64,000 nt of DNA from the NCBI GenBank assembly GCA_963701085.1, contig OY969561.1:576001-640000 (forward strand), read 5' to 3'. The notes under the pieces were generated by a model. It saw nothing but the letters and a program-made list of their open reading frames with translations. It was not told the origin of the DNA and ran no database searches. This DNA comes from an uncultured bacterium (lineage in GTDB: Bacteria > Babelota > Babeliae > Babelales > Vermiphilaceae). The position numbers and the translations under genes are program-made. The stretch's first letter is position 1. Every line of letters begins with the position of its first letter. Of the stretch, positions 53,816-64,000 are shown in pieces.

Positions 53816-54102
53816 CACTATTTGCATATAACCCAAATCAAAAAAGTATAGGCATGAAATAATTCGGCCCACAGCTATTATTCAATTTTTTTTGGTTAAA
53901 AATCAAGGTTAATTTTAAACTTTTTGGTCGAAATTCAAGGTTAAGTATCAAAAAAATATTCAATTACAGCTATTTTCCAAATTTCATAACTTATCAATCA
54001 GGCACTCTCGTTCTCATACAACAACATATATAAAAAAACATTGAACAACACATTATTTTTTGTGATACTTAACTAAAATTTAAAACAAAAAAAAGGTTCG
54101 TA

Positions 54103-54489
54103 ATGGAAAAAACAACAACCCTTTTACTCGCAAGCACCTGTGCTCTTACTTTTATCAGCAACTCATTGTGCATGGATGTAGAATTTAACAACAATTCTAG
54201 TAAGCAACGTAATACATCGCAACAAGGCGACACAACCAATACAAGATCAAAAAAAAACAATCAAACTGATAAGTTATTAGAAACAAATAATATATTATTG
54301 TATACGCTCATCATGCAAAATAAGATACATTTTGAATACCAAGATAATATACGGTTTACAACTGACGTGACTATAAATCGTCATGCCAATGATACTAAAA
54401 AAGCACTAGATAACTTATATGTATCATCTAATACACAATTAAACGATAAGTCTTTGCATATTCCCATGACACATTCAACAATCAAATAA
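54103..54489 (+). CDS. Small exported protein
   Basis: Signal ...SNSLC|MDVE, homologous to the leaders of the next two genes. Confidence 0.72.
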   Translation: MEKTTTLLLASTCALTFISNSLCMDVEFNNNSSKQRNTSQQGDTTNTRSKKNNQTDKLLETNNILLYTLIMQNKIHFEYQDNIRFTTDVTINRHANDTKKALDNLYVSSNTQLNDKSLHIPMTHSTIK

Positions 54490-54501
54490 AAAAGGTTCAT
54501 A

Positions 54502-54900
54502 ATGAAAAAAACAATAGCACTTTTACTTATTAACACGTGCTCTCTTACATTCATCAGCAACTCTTTTGGCATGTTAACAAAAACATATTTGGTTCGCACA
54601 ACAGCTACACATAAAAAAATACATTCATTTTGCGCAGACACCATGGCATTACGATTACAACGAGTACAAGTAGTAAGAGCACGTGAAAAAATCAAATCAC
54701 GAAACAATATCTTAAAAGAAAACAACAATATTTTAATGGAGTGTATAACAGAACAAAATAAAGTTATCGATCAAATTGAAGAATGGAATAGCCGTCCCAT
54801 GACAGAGTTCGAATATCATGTAACTGAGTATGACAAAATGACAGCACTTGCACAAAGATTGTTAGAACTAGAACAACAAAAAGGAACTTTATTATCATGA
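54502..54900 (+). CDS. Small exported coiled-coil protein
   Basis: Signal ...SNSFG|MLTKT. Confidence 0.75.
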   Translation: MKKTIALLLINTCSLTFISNSFGMLTKTYLVRTTATHKKIHSFCADTMALRLQRVQVVRAREKIKSRNNILKENNNILMECITEQNKVIDQIEEWNSRPMTEFEYHVTEYDKMTALAQRLLELEQQKGTLLS

Positions 54901-55280
54901 AAAAACTTACTACCCTCTGTCTTATTACCTGCGCACTCACTATCAGTAACAACTCATTTGCTATGTTAACCAAAACATTTTCAGTAAAACAGATTAAAAA
55001 AATAAGATCTTTTCATACGACGAATGCTTGGGACAGGTTAGCTTATAATGAAGCTAAAAATGCTTCTGCAAAAGCTAGCGAAAACAATGAGTTGTTACAA
55101 AAAATTATTAATCAAAATCAAAAAAACAATGAATTATTACGCGCTGTTATTCAACAGAATTACCTACTTTCTCACAGAGTGTATAACAACTATGCGCAAC
55201 GTGATGATAATATTCACTCAAAACTAATTCATTTTCAAGACATGCTCGAAAAAAGATACCATATAAAAATGGGTGAATAA
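54897..55280 (+). CDS. Small exported coiled-coil protein
   Basis: Signal ...NNSFA|MLTKT; ATGA overlap with the previous gene. Confidence 0.75.
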   Translation: MKKLTTLCLITCALTISNNSFAMLTKTFSVKQIKKIRSFHTTNAWDRLAYNEAKNASAKASENNELLQKIINQNQKNNELLRAVIQQNYLLSHRVYNNYAQRDDNIHSKLIHFQDMLEKRYHIKMGE

Positions 55281-55316
55281 TATTACATAACTCACTATTT
55301 AGGTGTGTGATAAGGA

Positions 55317-57167
55317 TTATTCAACCGTGACTGATTTTGCTAGATTACGGGGTTTATCAATCGGACATCCACGTTGTTTTGCAATTGCATACACAAAGTA
55401 TTGCATAAGCCCTACCATTGCCAATGGCCCAAGTAATGCCGGCACACTATTAGAAATAACAAATGATGTCTCGGCAAGTTCACACAACTCATGTTGTCCT
55501 TCATATGCAAAAGCAATAATATGTCCGCCACGAGATTTAACTTCATGAGCATTCGAGACAAGCTTTTGATAAATAAGAGGATCGGAATGGGAAAAAATAT
55601 AAACTGGCATCGTTTCATCAACTAATGCCAAATGACCATGCTTAAGCTCTCCTGCCGGATAGCCTTCGGCAAAAACATAACCAATTTCTTTTAATTTCAA
55701 CGCAGCTTCAATTGCAAGCGGAAAACTAATATGTCTGCCCAAAAACAATGCTTTATCATACCGCGCATATTGTTGTGCATAAACACGATCAATATCATGC
55801 TTATGCCGTTCTAAAGAACTTTCCAACAAGTTTGCCACACGCAACAAATCTTCTTCCGCCTGAAACAGTTCTGCGCGATCAATTAATTTTTTTTCAAGAG
55901 CAATGCGATGTGCAAACCAATAATGCGCTGCAATCTGCGTCGAAAAAGCTTTTGTTGAAGCAACCGATACTTCTGGACCTGCATGAGTTAATAAAAAACC
56001 ACCAGCTTCACGCACCATGGTACTTGTTGCAACATTAGTGAGTGTGATAGTGGATAATCCGCCATGGGCATTAATTAATCGCAATGCTTCAAGCGCATCA
56101 GCAGTTTCGCCGGACTGAGAAACGATAATATACAATGTATTTTCTTGCGGAAAGAATGACATATACCGGAATTCAGAAGCTAGATAAACAGAGACAGGAA
56201 CTTTCGCTACTGCTTCAAAATAAAATTGCGCTATACGCGCTCCATGCCAGGAAGTCCCGCATGCTAATAAACATATCTGTTGTACATTTTTTATTTTTTG
56301 AGCAGTAACGCCCAATTGCTCAAACAAAATTGGTTCTAATGCTCGTAATGCCCCAACCGTTTTGGTGATAGCATTTTTCTGCTCATAAATTTCTTTGAGC
56401 ATAAAATGCTCATGCCCACCTTTATCACTGTTCTCAAAAGACAATGTTATTTTTTCTGCTACCACCGGAATCTCTTTACCTGCAAAATCATATGCTTTAA
56501 TGCTATCTTTAAAAACAAATGCAAAGGTTTCATCAGGTAAAAAAAAGACTTTATCGGTTTTTCCCGCAAACGCGATAACATCTGATGCTATAAACATTTC
56601 TCCGTTCCCCATACCAACACAAAGAGGCGATTTTTTACGAACCGCGATCAGCACATCTGGAGATAACTGCGTCATAATAATAAACGCATACATACCATCC
56701 AGTTTTTGCACAAGCTCAGAAATTGTTTTTGGATTAAAACCAGATTGTGCTACATAAGATTCAAAAAGATGACTAACCACTTCTGTATCAGTATCAGATT
56801 CAAATATATGACCTGATTGAAGCAATTGACTTTTTAATTCGTCATGATTTTCAATAATACCGTTATGTACAAGAGAAATTGTTTTAGAGCAATCAAAGTG
56901 TGGATGAGCGTTACGCTCAGAAAAGTCACCATGCGTTGACCAGCGAGTGTGGCCAATACCTGAAAATCCATCAATCGGATTTTGTTTTAAACGCTCTGTT
57001 AACTGAGAAAGTTGACCGGATGCTTTTGAATATAAAAGCTTTTGATTGGTCGGTTCAAGACAGGCAATGCCTGCAGAATCATATCCGCGATATTCTAATC
57101 GAGCCAGTCCTTCTAAAATAAATGTACTACAGAGAGATTTTCCAATATAACCCACAACAGTACACAT
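55317..57167 (-). CDS. glmS: Glutamine-fructose-6-phosphate aminotransferase
   Basis: N-terminal Cys, LEYRGYDSAG, SQSGETAD, PRNLAKSVTVE. Confidence 0.98.
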   Translation of the reverse strand: MCTVVGYIGKSLCSTFILEGLARLEYRGYDSAGIACLEPTNQKLLYSKASGQLSQLTERLKQNPIDGFSGIGHTRWSTHGDFSERNAHPHFDCSKTISLVHNGIIENHDELKSQLLQSGHIFESDTDTEVVSHLFESYVAQSGFNPKTISELVQKLDGMYAFIIMTQLSPDVLIAVRKKSPLCVGMGNGEMFIASDVIAFAGKTDKVFFLPDETFAFVFKDSIKAYDFAGKEIPVVAEKITLSFENSDKGGHEHFMLKEIYEQKNAITKTVGALRALEPILFEQLGVTAQKIKNVQQICLLACGTSWHGARIAQFYFEAVAKVPVSVYLASEFRYMSFFPQENTLYIIVSQSGETADALEALRLINAHGGLSTITLTNVATSTMVREAGGFLLTHAGPEVSVASTKAFSTQIAAHYWFAHRIALEKKLIDRAELFQAEEDLLRVANLLESSLERHKHDIDRVYAQQYARYDKALFLGRHISFPLAIEAALKLKEIGYVFAEGYPAGELKHGHLALVDETMPVYIFSHSDPLIYQKLVSNAHEVKSRGGHIIAFAYEGQHELCELAETSFVISNSVPALLGPLAMVGLMQYFVYAIAKQRGCPIDKPRNLAKSVTVE

Positions 57168-57226
57168 ACCACCGTCTCCTTTTTTTGATTGACCGGCTCG
57201 AATATATAACTTTGTTGAAAAACGGT

Positions 57227-57649
57227 TTAACGTTTTACGAATTGGAACTTAGCACGAGCACCTTTTTGACCATATTTTTTACGCTCTTTTTTGCGAGCGT
57301 CAACGGTCATCAAGCCATGTTTTTTCAAAATAGGCTTTGCATTAGCATCAAATTCAACAAATGCACGCGCAATACCTAATTTTACCGCATTAGCTTGGGC
57401 AACTTTGCCGCCACCACATACATTAGCTTCAACATTAAACTCTGCTCCAATTGGGCACACTTTGAATGGAATTGCCGCTACATCAGCTGCAACTTTAGTG
57501 TCAAAATAGTTTACATAGTCGCAACCATTGACGGTAATTTTGCCATTACCACGACGCAACCATATACGCGCCACTGCAGTTTTGCGGCGTCCTACGCCAT
57601 GAGCAACAGGAGAATTAGAATTAGCAGGCTTTATTATTTCTTTTGCCAT
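57227..57649 (-). CDS. rpsI: 30S ribosomal protein S9
   Basis: GRRKTAVAR, GGG, ERKKYG, QFVKR. Confidence 0.97.
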   Translation of the reverse strand: MAKEIIKPANSNSPVAHGVGRRKTAVARIWLRRGNGKITVNGCDYVNYFDTKVAADVAAIPFKVCPIGAEFNVEANVCGGGKVAQANAVKLGIARAFVEFDANAKPILKKHGLMTVDARKKERKKYGQKGARAKFQFVKR

Positions 57650-57761
57650 ATCGCACTATAACCTTCTGGTATGATTTAACAGGAATTTTTCTAAATACAA
57701 TGATTTTGCTAATTAGTATAAAGCCATAAAGCTTAATTGTCAAAAATAGGCTATTTTTTGA

Positions 57762-57797
57762 TGGCCCGCCATACGAAGCTCCGCAAGGAGCGAAGTA
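57762..57797 (-). repeat. Family-B element at the tRNA-Thr CCA end
   Basis: CCA-TACTTCGCTCCTTGCGGAGCTTCGTATGGCGGG-CCA. Confidence 0.87.
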
Positions 57798-57872
57798 TGG
57801 AGCCGATGATCGGACTTGAACCGATGACCTACTGATTACGAATCAATTGCTCTACCACTGAGCTACATCGGC
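57798..57872 (-). tRNA. tRNA-Thr(CGT)
   Basis: GCCGATGTAGCTCAGTGGTAGAGCAATTGATT-CGT-AATCAGT...GTTCAAGTCCGATCATCGGCTCCA. Confidence 0.96.
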
Positions 57873-57896
57873 TTTTCAAAAATAATCTCACACTGC

Positions 57897-57926
57897 CGTG
57901 TCCGCCGTAGCCTTGGCGAAGGAGGA
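57897..57926. repeat. 30-nt family-B element
   Basis: CGTGTCCGCCGTAGCCTTGGCGAAGGAGGA. Confidence 0.9.
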
Positions 57927-58001
57927 AGCTAGCATCGGCAACATGCCCTCAATTATCACATAAAAACAAGCAAAAGTAAAAAAACAAGATTGAGGATAAT
58001 A

Positions 58002-58358
58002 TCAGCCCTGACCAGGTTTTTCTTCAAAATTCTCCTGGCAAGCCAAACAACGCATGGTACCGGGAAAGGAAGCAAGACGTTTTTCAGAAATCGGATTACC
58101 ACAATCAGCACACAACCCGTATTCTCCACTTTTAATCCGATCCAAAGCTCGCGCTATGTTACGATACTCTTCAACCTCAGCATCCTGAAGTGACATGCGC
58201 AATGATTCCATGGTAGCCGTCAACGCCTGATCTCCCGGATCTTGGACCTGACCATCAGAAAACTGCTCTTTGGACATCTCTGTTAATTTTTGCTCAAGTT
58301 CTATCTTACGCTTGAGTAAATCAGCTTCAATTTTTTTTAAATTACGCTTATCATCCAC
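58002..58358 (-). CDS. dksA: DksA/TraR C4 zinc-finger regulator
   Basis: DPGDQA (DxxDxA), YGLCADC, RCLAC. Confidence 0.88.
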   Translation of the reverse strand: MDDKRNLKKIEADLLKRKIELEQKLTEMSKEQFSDGQVQDPGDQALTATMESLRMSLQDAEVEEYRNIARALDRIKSGEYGLCADCGNPISEKRLASFPGTMRCLACQENFEEKPGQG

Positions 58359-58833
58359 TCTTTTTCCTTTTTTGTTGAAAAAATTTTTTCAGCAATTCTG
58401 CTGCTTCATTAACCCCAACCCCTTCAATAACTGAAATGGCGTCCTTTTTGTATACCCAAAGATCTTCCTCATTGTCAAGGCGAAAGCCAAACAACGGCGA
58501 TGCAGCCCCATACACCACACCAGCAAGCCTACTTAACTTAATCAATCCCATACACATGGAGCATGGTTCAAGTGTTACGTACAACCAATGACCATTTAAG
58601 CGCCAATCACCAAGACTTTTACCTGCAAGCTCTATCGCTAGACTTTCCGCATGCGCTCGCTGCGTACAATCGCGCTCAACACTGTTATATGCCCGCCCTA
58701 TAATAACACCTTCAGGGTTTACTACAACCGCACCGATAGGCACTTCATCAATTTCATACGCAAGCTTAGCCTCTTTCAACGCCTCTTGCATAAAAAAAAG
58801 ATCTTTGCTTTTACCAAAAACAGTTTCCAACAT
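58351..58833 (-). CDS. tadA: tRNA adenosine deaminase
   Basis: EVPIGAVVV, HAE, LYVTLEPCSMC. Confidence 0.92.
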   Translation of the reverse strand: MLETVFGKSKDLFFMQEALKEAKLAYEIDEVPIGAVVVNPEGVIIGRAYNSVERDCTQRAHAESLAIELAGKSLGDWRLNGHWLYVTLEPCSMCMGLIKLSRLAGVVYGAASPLFGFRLDNEEDLWVYKKDAISVIEGVGVNEAAELLKKFFQQKRKKSG

Positions 58834-58996
58834 TTTTCAACCCCCTTTTTTAATAATAAACCCATCTCAAATATTTGATAAAAAACAAAAAACAGACCTG
58901 TTATAATAATTCATTTTTTTTATCTTTTAAAGTATAATTAAAATATATTATGAAATAACTATCTTCGATTAAAAATTCACCCATTTTTGCAAGTAA

Positions 58997-61468
<2,472 letters not shown>

Positions 61469-61473
61469 TCCGA

Positions 61474-61573
61474 ACATTTTTGAAACACTCAGGATGAACG
61501 AAAAAAAAAAATATAAATCCCGCTCGCCCTGAGTGTTTACAAAGTGCAACGTAGTAGAATGTATCGAAGGGTT
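61474..61573. repeat. Two facing family-A variant half elements
   Basis: AAACACTCAGGATGAACG ... CGCTCGCCCTGAGTGTTT...TGTATCGAAGGGTT. Confidence 0.7.
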
Positions 61574-61603
61574 AAACAGCGAAAAACAAAATAAATAATT
61601 ATC

Positions 61604-62720
61604 ATGACAATCCATACTCAAATTCAACAGTTTATCCTAAAACATCATCTCGTCAAGATAATCATAAAATAGTTGTTGGGCTCTCCGGAGGGCCCGACTC
61701 AGTTTTTTTAGTACACTTTCTTGCATCACTCCAAAAAGAATATAACCTTTCTCTTATCGCTGCACATCTTAATCACGAATGGCGCGTAGAAGCAGATCAG
61801 GAACAGCAAGATTGTGCAGACCTTGCTCACAAACTTGGTATTCCTTTTGTTACAAAAAAAAGATCAGAACTCACTGCTGTGTTTAAACACAATGGCTCAC
61901 AAGAAGAATATGGCAGAAGATTACGCCGCCATTTTTTTGAACAAATCTTACGTGAATACAATGCCGATAGTGTTGCCCTTGCACATCACGCACAGGATCA
62001 AGAAGAAACATTTTTTATTCGCCTTATTCGCGGATCAAGTCTGACAGGCTTAACGAGCATAAAACCAAAAAATGGTCCTTATATTAGACCATTACTTGAA
62101 ACACCTAAAGCTGAAATTCTTGCTTGGTTGCACACCAATAATATTCCTTATGCTCTTGATAAAACTAATGAATCACCCGATTATTTACGCAATCGCATTC
62201 GCCTCAACGTTCTGCCAGCACTGCGCATCTGCGATGAACGGTTTGAAGCAAATTTTTTAACAACACTTAATCGTCTCAAAACAACGGAAGATTTTTTAGA
62301 ACGTCTCACGCAAAAGGCATTTGAAAAAATTACTACCAAACACATAGCAAAAAACAATATAGCTCATTCTGAATCATCTTCTCTCTGCGCTCGTCCTGAA
62401 CTTGTTGAAGGATATCCTCGAGCGCTCAAAGAAACCCTTCAACAGGTTCAGGGCGAGCGCGAAGGAATACGAAAATCAGAAAAACTTAATGGTTTATACT
62501 GTATTATAAACATCCCTGATTTTCTAAAACTTGATCCTGCTTTACACCATCGCATACTCCTGCACTGGCTCATTACTGAAAACGTGCAGTTCCCCACAAC
62601 ACAAGCTTTTTTGATGAAATTATGCGCTTTTTAAGCACTCCAAACGGCGGGCACCATTCTATTCATGAACAATGGTCGCTCATCAAAAAACAAAACTTTG
62701 CATTTCTCATGAAAAAGTAG
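61604..62720 (+). CDS. tilS: tRNA(Ile)-lysidine synthase (1-nt frameshifts near 61652 and in the T run at 62607-62612)
   Basis: GLSGGPDS, HLNH, AHHAQDQEET, IRPLL, RNRIR. Confidence 0.92.
62387..62460. repeat. Family-A element read through in frame within tilS
   Basis: GCGCTCGTCCTGAACTTGTTGAAGGATATCC...CAGGGCGAGCGC, translated ARPELVEGYPRALKETLQQVQGER. Confidence 0.93.
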
Positions 62721-62777
62721 ATCTTATTTTATTTTTACCGTTAAGTGGCGTAGAATGGAATCAAAAAAAAGGAATCC

Positions 62778-63659
62778 ATGAACTCCACTCATCGCGCAAA
62801 AATAGGTATCATCATCGCATTCCTTTTATCGTTATTATTCCACATAAGCAGCGTCCTCTATGTTTTATGGCAAAGAAACAGTGATTCTCGCGAACAATCA
62901 TCTCAAGAAAAAGAAGAAGCTCTCATAAAAGAGATTAAAAAAAGAGAAGAATGGGTAGAGACAAAAGCACGTGCAAGTAACTTTGGTGCGCCAGTAATGT
63001 TTCAGGATGAACCTTCCCAGCAAGCAGAGCCTATCCCAAGCCCTATCCAAGAAGAAACAACAACCCCAAAAGAAAAAACTGTAGAAGAAAAAGTTCCTGA
63101 AAAAAGTAATTCCTAGAAAAAAAGTGTAGCTCTTCAAGGGCTTGTAAAAAAAACACCAATCAAACAACCAAAAAAATCACTCACCTCCAACAGAAAAATG
63201 GTAACTGCTTTAAAACCACCACTATCACTTGCGCAATTAACGCAGGGCTTTCTCAACCATGTGAGAGATGAAGGCAAGCATGCAATACACATGTTGGGCA
63301 AAAAAAATGGAACTCCAAGCGACGAACAAATTAAACATGAGCGATACCTGGAAAAATTGGGCTGGTGCCTGCAAAACTCATTCAACATCCACAATAATCG
63401 CTTTCCACACTCAGCAACAGATGAGACTACTGTTCATATATTACTTTCTCTCAACAAAGATGGCACCATGAAACTGTGTAATGTGGTAAAAACATCGGGC
63501 AATATCCAGCTTGATCAATTTACACTCTTTGTTTTTAATGATGCGAGCTCATCATTCCCTCCTGTGCCACAATACCTACCATATGATCCATTTACCGTTA
63601 CCTACATCGTTATGATTAATCAAAGAGAGCAAAATGCTTTTCGAATGTATCGGCAATAA
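62778..63659 (+). CDS. TonB/TolA-like energy transducer (frameshifts in A runs near 63100-63125)
   Basis: TM with the SLLFH motif, Pro/Glu/Lys linker, C-terminal KTSGNIQLD and FPPVP. Confidence 0.75.
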
Positions 63660-63725
63660 ACAAACACTTCACCATTCCACGACGAGTATGCTAGGTTATG
63701 GTAAAAGTATAATTCAGGAGAATCT

Positions 63726-64000
63726 ATGAAGCGTCGTATACAATGCGTCCTCTCAATTACTCTCAGCGCCCTATCAATACAAGTCTGTAATGCAGAAGAA
63801 TTTAACATTATTTTAAAACCAAAATGGTCTAATTTAGATGCAGATTGCAGCAAATGCGCTGAATTTGGCGGAAAATGGATTTTGGTTGGAAGCATCACCT
63901 TTAAAAAAAGATGCAAGGATCCTATTTGCATAGAAACAATCAATCTTCATTGGAATGGTGAACCAATCGACAACCTCATAGCCTCTCTCTACAAAAAAAA
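63726..64000 (+). CDS. Exported hypothetical protein, partial
   Basis: AGGAG RBS; manual translation MKRRIQCVLSITLSALSIQVCNA|EEF...FGGKWILVGSITF, open to the window end. Confidence 0.7.
   Translation, partial: MKRRIQCVLSITLSALSIQVCNAEEFNIILKPKWSNLDADCSKCAEFGGKWILVGSITFKKRCKDPICIETINLHWNGEPIDNLIASLYKK

Overview
AT-rich bacterial chromosome segment that looks like an intracellular parasite of protists, most likely Candidatus Dependentiae (TM6/Babelota). That assignment is inferred from two tandem ADP/ATP (TLC/Npt) translocases, many signal-peptide orphans and eukaryote-like domains. The backbone is housekeeping genes (xerC/D, nth, thrS, phoH, rpmH-rnpA-yidD, trxB, tig, frr, tsf, argS, cca, hpf, der, dnaX, rpsB, lon, cmk, recJ, lysS, sodA, glmS, rpsI, dksA, tadA, gyrB, tilS), four tRNAs and the SRP RNA. 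Three layers stand out. (1) At least three families of small palindromic REP-like elements. They nest inside each other, sit in frame inside proteins (DnaX, TrxB, TilS, a lipoprotein, a HAD protein, the RecJ C-terminus) and occupy the CCA end of all four tRNAs. (2) Exported effector-like proteins whose signal peptide is followed by a new Met. These include F-box/WD-like arrays, a C2H2 zinc finger and three small proteins whose mature N-termini resemble mitochondrial presequences; a cPLA2-like phospholipase is also present. (3) Displaced, synonymously diverged duplicates of the nth and thrS 3' ends next to accessory genes. Many single-base frameshifts, including in normally essential genes, suggest consensus/assembly errors.
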